DNA from: Blastocatellia bacterium
GTDB lineage: Bacteria > Acidobacteriota > Blastocatellia > UBA7656
NCBI GenBank assembly: GCA_963765495.1
Contig: CAVXWP010000006.1
Coordinates: forward strand, 160,001-224,000
Reading direction: 5' to 3'
DNA length: 64,000 nt
Of this stretch, positions 1 through 11,328 are shown piece after piece; positions within the stretch are counted from its first letter, which is position 1; the number at the start of each line of letters is the position of its first letter. The notes beneath the pieces are model-generated. The model did not search any database and was not told where the DNA came from. It was given only the letters and a program-made list of their open reading frames with translations. The position numbers and the translations under genes were made by a program.

Positions 1-167
1 CCTGATTCAACTTCGCCTGACGACGTTGAAGGGGTCGATCCTTCCTTCTCTTCGGCCTTGTCAGATTTGTACTCGGCCAGCCATTCGACATCAATCACAT
101 CGGCCTTGCGCCTCTGCTTTTCGTGGATCAGCCATTGCCCGCGCTCGTTCCACGGCGCTCCGCCCAT
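1..167 (-). CDS. Hypothetical protein, 5' part only (runs off the window)
   Basis: ATG at 167 opens a frame MGGAPWNERGQWLIHEKQRRKADVIDVEWLAEYK... with no stop before position 1. Confidence 0.45.
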   Translation of the reverse strand, partial: MGGAPWNERGQWLIHEKQRRKADVIDVEWLAEYKSDKAEEKEGSTPSTSSGEVES

Positions 168-413
168 AGGATCAACGTGGCAGAAAGAGCAATCCTTTGC
201 CCCAAATTTTCGTGCCTTCACAAGAAATGCCGGATAGCCCAACCCCTCGGTTGCAAGCGCCGCAATCACCGTCGCCAGGAAAATTAGAGCGAAAAAAACT
301 TTTACTTGCTTCAATTCTTTTCTCCTGTGATGTATAGAGGTTTAACAAAGGCAAGATACTATACACTTAACGCGAGCGGCAAGCGGGGCAGAAAGCAGGG
401 CTGCCGGGGTGGG

Positions 414-782
414 TTAGATGGTAAATTCGGTTTCGAGCGAGAGCTGTGTTTTGCGCAGTTCAAAGCGGGCGCGGCCCACATTGCCGTTTGGCGCCACGGC
501 CAGCAGCAGGAAATAATCCGGCGTAATCGGGCGCAACAGAAACGTCATGCGGTCTGTGACCAGAATCATTTCGCGGAGGTCGCCCAGTTCCGTATCCGAA
601 GATATGTGCATGCTCCGGCGCAGGAGCGTGGTGAATTCCGTTGCGATTATATCTATATCGAGCATCGGGTCTGAGTCGAGTACGTATCGCTCAATCGGGA
701 TGCCGTCTATGCCCAGTATTATTGCCGCTTCACATCCTTCAATCCGGTCGGCTATCTGTATCAGCGCATCGATGAAGCTCAA
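414..782 (-). CDS. Roadblock/LC7 (MglB-like) domain protein
   Basis: 122 aa; 'AAIILGIDGIPIE' and 'GNVGRARFELRK' are typical of roadblock proteins; co-oriented after pilQ. Confidence 0.8.
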   Translation of the reverse strand: MSFIDALIQIADRIEGCEAAIILGIDGIPIERYVLDSDPMLDIDIIATEFTTLLRRSMHISSDTELGDLREMILVTDRMTFLLRPITPDYFLLLAVAPNGNVGRARFELRKTQLSLETEFTI

Positions 783-799
783 GGGATTACCTCCAAAAA

Positions 800-906
800 C
801 AGTAGGCAGTATGCAGTCAGCAGTATGCAGTCAGCAAGAAACAGCAGGCGGTTGACAGGAAGCAGTTGAGAAAACTGCCTGCTGCCTACCGCCTGCTGCA
901 TACTAC
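800..906. repeat. Inverted heptamer-repeat element (GCAGTAG/GCAGTAT ... CTGCCTA/CTGCATA)
   Basis: Tandem 7-mers on the left, reverse-complement 7-mers on the right, between pilQ and the roadblock gene. Confidence 0.75.
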
Positions 907-3825
907 TTATTGGCCGCCTTTTGCGACATTGACCTGGCCCTGAGTCTGGGCGGGCTGGTTCTTCTTCGGAGCCGGGACGGCAGCGGCTCTCTGCTGGCCG
1001 CCCGTCTTCGGTGCACCGCGCTCGACCGAAGAACGTTGCGTCGAGGGGACCACATATCCGTCGCTTCTGACTATGCGCGGGGTGATGAAAAAGAGTATCT
1101 CATCAAACTCGCGCCTTGTGGATCTGCGTTTGAACAACTCCCCGATCAGAGGAAGGCTTGACACGCCGGGCGTGCGGTTTTCCGTATGGCCTTCGGTATC
1201 GATGTTGATACCTCCCATCACGGTGGTTCCTCCGTCGGCCACCCGCACGATTGATTCGGCCGACTGCGTATTGATGCCCGGTGTTCCGTTGTTGAACGAG
1301 TTTGCCAGGTTGAAGTTCACGGTGTTGTTTTCAGCAACAACGTGCATCAGGACCTCGCCGGTCTCTTCGATTATCTGCGGGGTGATCTCAAGCCTGAGAG
1401 CCGCCGTCACAAACGTGGTTGTAACGGTATTATTCGAGACGGTCTGAACGGGTATCTGCACGCCGTTGACAATCTCTGCGGTCTGATTGTCCTGCGCGGT
1501 GATGCGCGGGCTTGCGACGGTTCGAATCTGGCCCTTGGTTTCAGATGCCGACAGCGCCATCGAGATTATGCCCGTGCCGATAACGCCTGTCGTGAGGCTG
1601 AGCACGCTGTTGGCCGTAGCGCGAAGCGCGTCAGAGGCCAGCGGCCCTATCAGATTTGGCCCAAGTCCTGTGCTTGATGTGCCACTGCCCGAACCGCTGC
1701 CCGAACCGCTGCCCGAACCGCTGCCCGAACCACTGCCCGAACTGCTGCCCGAACCGCCGCTCGACAGCCCGCCACCCGGATTGAATTGCTGGGGCGAGGT
1801 CTCGAATAAGCCTGCGCCGCCGCGATTGGTGTTGGCCGCAGCGCCTGCAATCTCCGAGCCGATGTCGCGCAGGAAGTTGCGGTTGGCGATGATTATGCGC
1901 GCTTCGATCTCTACCTGAGGCTCGGGTTGATCGAGCTTGTCGATGATCTCTTCAATCGCATCCAGGTACTCAGGCAGATCGGTTACGATCAGGCTGTTTG
2001 TGCGCGAATCCATCTCGATTCGCCCGCGCGGGCTCAATCGTTTTTCGGCTATCGAAAGCATAGTGCCCTGAGCACCGCCCGCGCCTGAACTGCTGCCTCC
2101 ACCTCCGCCCCGGCCAGAACCGCCGCTGCCGGTAGCGCCGAGCGATCCGACTGCGCGCGCGTATTTGAGGTGCAATATTCTGGTCTCAAGCGGAACCTTC
2201 TTCTCTTGCTCTTCTTTTATGGCGCGCTGCTGTTCCTGCTCTTCTTTGACCGCCGCCAGGGTGGCTATCCTGATGATCAATCCGTTGCTTTCGCAGACAG
2301 CGCCGAGTCTGTTTGCGCGCAAAACCGATTCCATGACCTGATTCCAGGGTATGTCGGTTACTCGTATGTCAACCGGAACCGCTCCGACAGACTTGTCTAC
2401 TATAAAGTTCACTCCGTACTGCTGAGAGATAAATCGCAGCATATCGCGTATGTCCACGCCTGCGCGCAGATCGAAACTGATCAGACCCCCGACATAATTC
2501 GAATCGCAAAACGCCAGTTCGGAGCGAGATGCTGAGGATTGAACCTGCGAGTCGGGTTGCTGACGCTGATTGGCCATGCTGGATTTCGCCGTCTGAGGCT
2601 TCTGAACATCGGGCGCTTTCGGTGTGTAGGAAGCGACGACGTTTTGCACTATGGTCTCTTTCGCCTGATCGGTTGCCGTGGAATTTTGCGAATGAGAGGT
2701 CGGCGGCTGGACCGACGGATGCGATGCAGGCTTCGCGGTATCTGCCTTTGCAGTATCTGCCTTTGCAGTATCTGCCTTTGCAGTATCTGCCTTTGCGGCT
2801 TTGGCCCTGTCATCGGAATCCTTATCGACGCGCTCGCCCGCCACCTTGACCTCCGGTTTCTCGGTGGTCGCAGTCACTTCGCGATTATGCGCGGTCTGGG
2901 ATGCCGACGGGTTAACACGCGGCGAGTCCTTTCCTACCGTGATGACGAGCGAAGCCCCCTGACGCTCAACCCTGTAGGGAACTCTTGATTTCAGGTCGAG
3001 CACGACGCGCACAACATTCGGGTTGGGCTGGCCCACACGCACGCGAGACACCATTGACGAGCTTACTGCCAGAGACTGGTTCCCCTGGGGATTGCTGACG
3101 CCCATGACATCGACGACCACACGCGAGGGATTATCGAGTGTGAAGTCTTTGTATTGCGCGTTGCCGTCGGTTTCGACCACAACTCGAAGTCCGCCCTCGG
3201 TCACCTCGGGTTTTATTGCTTCGACGAGGGTGGCGGGTCCGAGCGTGGACGGGCGCGGCTGCGCTCGCTCGGGCTGGTGGGCAGAACTCCTCGCGCTCAC
3301 CGGCACGGGATGAACATAGACGCCGGGCTGATTGGCTCCCTGTGATCGCGCTTCGGGGGCTTGTGTCTTGGAACTCGCCTCTGCCCTCTGCGTTTCGGGA
3401 TAAAGTTCTATGATGAGGTTGTTGCCGTCGAGCCTGGAACGGTCGCGAACATCGGCTCGCACCGGAACCTCTATTCTCGTGCTCACGCTACCGCTTTCGC
3501 CGCTCGCGCGGCTCTTGCGAACCATTACCGAACCGACGAGCGCGCTATTGATAGCGTACTCAGGCGCAAGCTTCGAGCCTTCGCTGCCCGGCAGATCAAC
3601 GATAAGCAGCCGATCTGACGGCCGGAGCACGGTGTAGAGAGGTGGCGCGTTGGATTCGATCACAATGCGCGTAAGCGCACCATCGGTCTCGTGCTTGAGC
3701 GACACTAAAGTGAACGCCTGGTTATTAGCCCTCGACCCACCTCTCGCACTCGGCCTTGCAAACACCAGAACATTGCTCATGAGCGCGAGCAGCGCCAATG
3801 ATGCGATAAGCCTCCTAGCAAACAT
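907..3825 (-). CDS. pilQ: Type IV pilus secretin PilQ with two AMIN domains
   Basis: Signal peptide; two AMIN-like segments ('RLLIVDLP', 'NPSRVVVDV'); secretin motifs 'PQVEIEARII', 'DGGTTVMGG', 'LFFITPRIV'; last gene of pilMNOP(Q). Confidence 0.95.
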   Translation of the reverse strand: MFARRLIASLALLALMSNVLVFARPSARGGSRANNQAFTLVSLKHETDGALTRIVIESNAPPLYTVLRPSDRLLIVDLPGSEGSKLAPEYAINSALVGSVMVRKSRASGESGSVSTRIEVPVRADVRDRSRLDGNNLIIELYPETQRAEASSKTQAPEARSQGANQPGVYVHPVPVSARSSAHQPERAQPRPSTLGPATLVEAIKPEVTEGGLRVVVETDGNAQYKDFTLDNPSRVVVDVMGVSNPQGNQSLAVSSSMVSRVRVGQPNPNVVRVVLDLKSRVPYRVERQGASLVITVGKDSPRVNPSASQTAHNREVTATTEKPEVKVAGERVDKDSDDRAKAAKADTAKADTAKADTAKADTAKPASHPSVQPPTSHSQNSTATDQAKETIVQNVVASYTPKAPDVQKPQTAKSSMANQRQQPDSQVQSSASRSELAFCDSNYVGGLISFDLRAGVDIRDMLRFISQQYGVNFIVDKSVGAVPVDIRVTDIPWNQVMESVLRANRLGAVCESNGLIIRIATLAAVKEEQEQQRAIKEEQEKKVPLETRILHLKYARAVGSLGATGSGGSGRGGGGGSSSGAGGAQGTMLSIAEKRLSPRGRIEMDSRTNSLIVTDLPEYLDAIEEIIDKLDQPEPQVEIEARIIIANRNFLRDIGSEIAGAAANTNRGGAGLFETSPQQFNPGGGLSSGGSGSSSGSGSGSGSGSGSGSGSGSGTSSTGLGPNLIGPLASDALRATANSVLSLTTGVIGTGIISMALSASETKGQIRTVASPRITAQDNQTAEIVNGVQIPVQTVSNNTVTTTFVTAALRLEITPQIIEETGEVLMHVVAENNTVNFNLANSFNNGTPGINTQSAESIVRVADGGTTVMGGINIDTEGHTENRTPGVSSLPLIGELFKRRSTRREFDEILFFITPRIVRSDGYVVPSTQRSSVERGAPKTGGQQRAAAVPAPKKNQPAQTQGQVNVAKGGQ
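1685..1756 (-). repeat. 12-bp tandem repeat encoding a (GS)n loop inside PilQ
   Basis: About 6 copies of ctgcccgaaccg, giving GSGSGSGS... Confidence 0.85.
2738..2796 (-). repeat. 15-bp tandem repeat encoding (AKADT)x4 in the PilQ linker
   Basis: gtatctgcctttgca x4. Confidence 0.9.
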
Positions 3826-3849
3826 AATATTAATCTCCCCTCTCTAATT

Positions 3850-3940
3850 GCGTGATCCGTAATCTGTGATTCGTGATTCGTGAAGCTTGCAATCAACCTG
3901 TGATAAGGGCGCGTGTTTTACACTCACGCATCACGAATCA
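3850..3940. repeat. Inverted heptamer element, CGTGATN family
   Basis: (cgtgat[c/t])n, then a spacer, then (tcacgca/tcacgaa)n. Confidence 0.8.
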
Positions 3941-3943
3941 TAA

Positions 3944-4630
3944 TTATTTCGACGTGCCAGGTGCTTTACCTACCACGCGCTCCTGTGGGGACTGCTTGCC
4001 GTTATTTTCAACATAGGATATTTCCCGAAACAGGACTTTCGCTCCACCAGTATCGCCCTCTTCGGTCTCTATTCGCAACACTTCTCCGTTGTAGCAGGGC
4101 GTGCCTCGGCGCACAAAGAACATTGTGCCTGTAGGCTGGGCCTTCACAAAGGCCCCGGTCCCGTGTTCATCGCGGAATACGCCTGTGACTTCAAGCTCAC
4201 TGACCAGGTATTGCCCAACGGGGTTCGGTTCGGGCAGATCGCGCGAGCGTGCCACTTCAATCTTTTGCCGAAACTCTGTCCGGCGCTGGTCGAGCGAAGG
4301 AAACCCAACCTCGCGCGGCCCCTTCGGTTTGCCGTCCTTTGCGCGCGGCTTGACGGCTTTCTTGAAAGGATCGCGCCCGCTCGGCTTGTAAGGTTTGATC
4401 GTATCGGCGTTTGGGCCGACATCTTCCTTGCGCTGAACATTGGGCGGCTGCGACTGCGGTTGAGCAGATGTTGGCTGTTCGGTGGACTGGGCCGACGCGC
4501 TTGTGGCAGCGACGACGAGGATCGTCAGGATTGCGAGCGCCAGGGCAAAGAAGTTCATCCTGTATATCCTGTCAGTATCGGGTTGACGGTCAAGCGCGAT
4601 TGAAACGGTCTGGTTCGATCTCTTTTTCAT
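3944..4630 (-). CDS. pilP: PilP-like pilus assembly protein
   Basis: 'GRDPF' motif, 'YLVSELEVTGV'; lies between pilO and pilQ. Confidence 0.7.
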   Translation of the reverse strand: MKKRSNQTVSIALDRQPDTDRIYRMNFFALALAILTILVVAATSASAQSTEQPTSAQPQSQPPNVQRKEDVGPNADTIKPYKPSGRDPFKKAVKPRAKDGKPKGPREVGFPSLDQRRTEFRQKIEVARSRDLPEPNPVGQYLVSELEVTGVFRDEHGTGAFVKAQPTGTMFFVRRGTPCYNGEVLRIETEEGDTGGAKVLFREISYVENNGKQSPQERVVGKAPGTSK

Positions 4631-4666
4631 AGCTCCACTCCACTATTTAGTTCACTATTAGTCCCG

Positions 4667-5356
4667 CTATTTAGGCTGGCCGGTCGGCGGCGCTCCTCCG
4701 GGCTGGCCCGGCGGCGGCATAGGTTTCTTGGCGGTCAGCTTTTCCAGATTTTCCGGGGCAATAAAGTATGCTGTGACAACGAAGGCGGCATTTATCGAGC
4801 GGCCAAACTCCTGTGCGTTGTCTTCGGCCTGTTTGATGTCAACCTCGGTCACGCTGACGATGCGCGTATAAAACCCGAGCCGCGAGAAGAACTGCCCGAG
4901 ATTGTCGTAAGACCCCGTGATCTCAACCTGTATGGGCTGAGCGGTGTAGAAGTCTTGCGGCGACGATTTCATTTGAGCAAACCGCCTTACCTCTAACTTC
5001 TGCTCTCGCATGAAGTCTTTTATGTTGTCGTATACGCGCGATATTTCGACCTGATCGGGCAGCAAATCCTGAAGGCGATCAATCTCCTCGCGTTTCTCCT
5101 TGAGCGTCTGCTCGGTGGCGGCGAGGTTTTGCCTTATGATGTTGCCCTGAGCGTTCTTTGCCTTGAGCCCTTCGGCCTGTTCTCTGATCTTGACCGTATC
5201 CGAGCGCGTATCGCTGTAAAGCAAGGCATCGGCGGCAAAGATCAGCAATCCCACAAGGGCGAGCAGCAGGGCCATCTGCGTATACCACGGCATACGGCTG
5301 AAGAAACTCCCCTGCTCTTCGGCCCCTTTCGCAATACTGGTCATCGAAGCTGCCAT
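4667..5356 (-). CDS. pilO: Type IV pilus assembly protein PilO
   Basis: N-terminal TM, coiled coil, 'LLPDQVEIS', 'ITGSYDNLGQFF'. Confidence 0.9.
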   Translation of the reverse strand: MAASMTSIAKGAEEQGSFFSRMPWYTQMALLLALVGLLIFAADALLYSDTRSDTVKIREQAEGLKAKNAQGNIIRQNLAATEQTLKEKREEIDRLQDLLPDQVEISRVYDNIKDFMREQKLEVRRFAQMKSSPQDFYTAQPIQVEITGSYDNLGQFFSRLGFYTRIVSVTEVDIKQAEDNAQEFGRSINAAFVVTAYFIAPENLEKLTAKKPMPPPGQPGGAPPTGQPK

Positions 5357-5377
5357 AACTCGTCTCCTTCATCCGCC

Positions 5378-6049
5378 CTACGAGGCCGCGGGCTTTCCTT
5401 CCGGTTTCGTCTCGCCTTCGGCGCGAGGTTTGTTATAATCGCAGACGATTGTGAACTGAAACATTCGCATTCCTTCCTCAGCGGCGTCCTTCTTCTCTGC
5501 GGCTTTTTCAGGGACCTCTTCGGGTTTCAAGTCTCTGCCCTCTACTGAAAGCGAAAGGTTCGTAAACAGTCCGTTTGAAAACTCAAGCTGGCGCGCGAAA
5601 TCGGCGATAACCTGCTGGCTGAGCGATGTGCCGACGATCTGCAAACTCGTGCCCTTCTGAGCTATAGAGATGAGGCGAAAATCGGCCTGCCCGCCCGGCA
5701 TGCGTTCGTTGATCGCCGATAGCATTGCCACGGGGCCTTTCTGCTCGGCGCGCAGTTGTTTTATCACCTTTATGCGCTCTTCGACCTGTTTCAACTCGGC
5801 CTCCAGCTCATCCTTGCGCTTTATGTCGGCTTCGAGCTTTGCGGCCTCGACCTGCTCGCTGTCGAGTTCTTCCTGAGCCGCCGCGTGCGCGTTATTTGTC
5901 CAGAGGTGATCTACGCCTATGGCGATCAGGAATATCACCAGCGCGCTTGCCAGCATGAAGAGTTGCTGTCCGCGTCGGGCGACCACTTTGGTCTTCTGGA
6001 TTGATACGCGTTGTTCGGCGGTGCCTTCTAGTAAATTGACCCTGATCAT
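5378..6049 (-). CDS. pilN: Type IV pilus assembly protein PilN
   Basis: Starts 'MIRVNLL' (PilM-binding INLL motif), TM, coiled coil. Confidence 0.92.
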   Translation of the reverse strand: MIRVNLLEGTAEQRVSIQKTKVVARRGQQLFMLASALVIFLIAIGVDHLWTNNAHAAAQEELDSEQVEAAKLEADIKRKDELEAELKQVEERIKVIKQLRAEQKGPVAMLSAINERMPGGQADFRLISIAQKGTSLQIVGTSLSQQVIADFARQLEFSNGLFTNLSLSVEGRDLKPEEVPEKAAEKKDAAEEGMRMFQFTIVCDYNKPRAEGETKPEGKPAAS

Positions 6050-7110
6050 TTCATCTCCTCCGCCACTCGAACTGCCAGCCCCACGGCCACGGCCATGTTC
6101 GGTGAAAGCTCTCTCAAATACTCTTCATCAATCCTCTTCGCGTCGAATCGAATCGAGCGGAAGGCATCGAATCGCTCTACGGGTATCTGGAAGTGATCCG
6201 ACAGATAATCGGTCAGGTGCGAGACCTTCGACGAGCCGCCCGCAATCAGCATCTTGTCTATCGAAGGCGAATCAACGGCAGTCGAGCGGAAGAAATCGAG
6301 CGTGCGTTGAATCTCGAGCCCGAGCATCTCAGAGACGGAACTGATGGCAGGCTCGGCCTGGTCAAGCATCACATCGGCTTCAAAGGTCGCGCCTCGCTTG
6401 AGTGCCTCGGCCTGCTCAAAGGTCAGATCGAGTTCCTTTTGCAGGAGGTCGGTGTACTGGTTGCCGCCCGCCGATATGTCGCGGGTGAAGATCGAAGTGG
6501 CCCCGCGCACTACGTTGATCGTCATAACGGAAGCGCCTATGTCGAGAAGGGCGACCGTCTGAGAAGGCATCGGCATATAGTTGACTTCGTACGCATTTTG
6601 CAGCGCGAAAGCGTCAACGTCGACGATGACGGGTTGTTTGCCCGCCTGCGAGATTACCTGTGTGAACTGCGCTATCTTGTCTCGCTTGCAGGCAACCAGG
6701 AGCACATCCATGCTCTGGCCGGTCTGATCGTATCCGACAATTTCGTGATAGAGGTTCACATCGTTTATGTCGAAGGGGATATACTGCTCTGCTTCCCAGT
6801 GTATCTGTTCGTCGAGTTCTTCTTCGGCCATGGCCGGCAGAGTTATCTTCTTGACTATGACTGCGTGACCGGAAAGCGAGGTGGCTACGAGATTTGTCTT
6901 TAGCCCGTGCTCGTTCCAGATGCGATTAATGCTGTCGCTGACGTGATTTAGGTCTATGATATGGCCGTCAACTATAGTGTCTGATTGCAAATTCAGATGC
7001 GCGATATGTACAAGCTCGAACCCGCCGCGTCCCGGCCTGAGTTCTACGGCCTTGAGCGCGCTCGATCCTATATCAAGCCCGACGATGCTCTTGTTCTTTT
7101 TTGCAAACAT
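6046..7110 (-). CDS. pilM: Type IV pilus assembly protein PilM (actin-like)
   Basis: 'VGLDIGSSALKAVEL', 'EAEQYIPF', 'AVAVGLA'. Confidence 0.95.
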   Translation of the reverse strand: MFAKKNKSIVGLDIGSSALKAVELRPGRGGFELVHIAHLNLQSDTIVDGHIIDLNHVSDSINRIWNEHGLKTNLVATSLSGHAVIVKKITLPAMAEEELDEQIHWEAEQYIPFDINDVNLYHEIVGYDQTGQSMDVLLVACKRDKIAQFTQVISQAGKQPVIVDVDAFALQNAYEVNYMPMPSQTVALLDIGASVMTINVVRGATSIFTRDISAGGNQYTDLLQKELDLTFEQAEALKRGATFEADVMLDQAEPAISSVSEMLGLEIQRTLDFFRSTAVDSPSIDKMLIAGGSSKVSHLTDYLSDHFQIPVERFDAFRSIRFDAKRIDEEYLRELSPNMAVAVGLAVRVAEEMK

Positions 7111-7183
7111 ATGCCCCCCGGGAAGGTCTACGGATTTGTGATCTCAGATAACCGATTCGAAATGTTGGGGGATGAGGGGATAA

Positions 7184-7287
7184 ATCGAAAATCCAAAATC
7201 TAAAGTCCAAATTCTAAGCCGAACAATAGGGGCAGCGCTAACAAGGGGGACAAGCCGTGAAGGAGGGGCGATCTCAGATTTCGGATT
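7184..7287. repeat. Degenerate inverted heptamer element (AAATCNA ... GATTT) in the pil leader
   Basis: aaatcgaaaatccaaaatctaaagtccaaattcta ... cagatttcggatt. Confidence 0.5.
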
Positions 7288-7396
7288 CAAGCGATGACTT
7301 GAAGACTGCTGATGACAATGAGATCAGCCCAAAATCCGTTTTCGGTCTTCACTAGCAAGATCAAATATCAAAATGGCTCTTGTGCCACCGGAGCCA

Positions 7397-7425
7397 TTTC
7401 TACCATCCCCCCCCATGTGTGTCAA
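7397..7425 (-). promoter_or_regulatory. Predicted sigma70 promoter of pilMNOPQ with a G8 tract in the spacer
   Basis: Minus strand TTGACA (7425-7420), 17 bp including G8 (7414-7407), TGn-TAGAAA(T); overlapped by a 9-bp inverted repeat (7371-7379/7391-7399). Confidence 0.55.
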
Positions 7426-7504
7426 CACTATTTTTTTGAAAGATGTTTCCACTTTGCCATCGCCCGGTTTAACGTGGGCCGGGATTGTCTGTCGGCCTGC
7501 CGGA

Positions 7505-7533
7505 TTGACTCGCGGTGAGGCATAACATAAAAT
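7505..7533 (+). promoter_or_regulatory. Predicted sigma70 promoter upstream of secA
   Basis: TTGACT-17 bp-TAAAAT. Confidence 0.65.
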
Positions 7534-7748
7534 TCTTATTTGGTATCGTCATTTGATTTGAAGGCTGATAGTGAGCGAGCCTCTATCGTAAATCGTATGA
7601 CCTATTGTGAGCCTGTTGTCAGAGGCGCTTGCTTTCGAATATGCGCGCCCCCTGTCAGCAGGCTGAATGATTTATGATCCGAGCCACGGCTTTTCTGTCG
7701 CAGCGCCGCTGAAGGGTTGCGACACGAGGCCTGAATTTAGAGAAGAAT

Positions 7749-10616
<2,868 letters not shown>

Positions 10617-10620
10617 CCGG

Positions 10621-10670
10621 GTGAGCGGACGCGGAGACCAGACAGCCACTCGTTCTCCGCGTCCACTCAC
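10621..10670. terminator. Long hairpin after secA (possibly bidirectional)
   Basis: gtgagcggacgcggaga ... tctccgcgtccactcac. Confidence 0.6.
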
Positions 10671-10726
10671 TAAAGCGAATTGCGCAAGGGTTTAGACACG
10701 CGCTTTGCACAAATCCCAACCTCATC

Positions 10727-11233
10727 CTAAAAAGGAGACGGATCAATCCCGCTCACCTCGCTCGCAGAAGGCACGTAGAGCACCTCGGTTCGCCCGCTCA
10801 GCCGGTTGAATATCTCAAGCGTCACTATGACCCGGTCGGGCGGCACTCCGGCTACGGGCAGTATTGTAACCACAGGGCGTATCTGCTTCCTCAACTCGGA
10901 GCGAGACAACACGTCCCTCGCTTCAAGGTCGAGCCACGCTCCATGTCCTGCCATCAATTCCACCTCCCGCGCGATTTCATTCCCTGCGCGGTCGTATAGA
11001 GGAATCCCGTCGGCGTCCACAAATCCAAGTCTCACCCTGAAAGGCACTGGCTGAATTCCTTTTACAGCATTGATGCGGGCGATCTGGCCGATTGAGATGC
11101 CGATCAGGCCGAAACGGGGCACGGGGTTAGCGGGCGGCGTGCCCTGCATGCGTGCCGATCTGGTTGAGGCGAAGAGTGCGATGAGGATTGAAATGCCTGC
11201 GAGAGCTATGAAAGTTCTCTTGCGTGTGAACAT
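10727..11233 (-). CDS. Small secreted hypothetical protein (partner A1)
   Basis: Signal peptide; beta-rich; strong SD (AAAGGAG); paralog of 20635..21138. Confidence 0.75.
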   Translation of the reverse strand: MFTRKRTFIALAGISILIALFASTRSARMQGTPPANPVPRFGLIGISIGQIARINAVKGIQPVPFRVRLGFVDADGIPLYDRAGNEIAREVELMAGHGAWLDLEARDVLSRSELRKQIRPVVTILPVAGVPPDRVIVTLEIFNRLSGRTEVLYVPSASEVSGIDPSPF

Positions 11234-11328
11234 AAAGCGAACTCCTTTCTTTGATTGAATGATTGATGTCGCAGCCTGCTGTGACAGGCCGTAAAACCGC
11301 CCTCTTCTCGCATCGAAGGCGGGAAGAG

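Noticed and set aside
7375-7390. Sigma54 promoter for the pil operon (TGGCAC on the minus strand)
   Set aside because: No TTGC at the -12 position (reads CCAT)
7597-7677. RAPP-type ribosome arrest peptide upstream of secA
   Set aside because: The frames give 'ICAPP' and a 9-codon 'MRAPC'; neither is RAPP/RAGP, and there is no signal or TM segment
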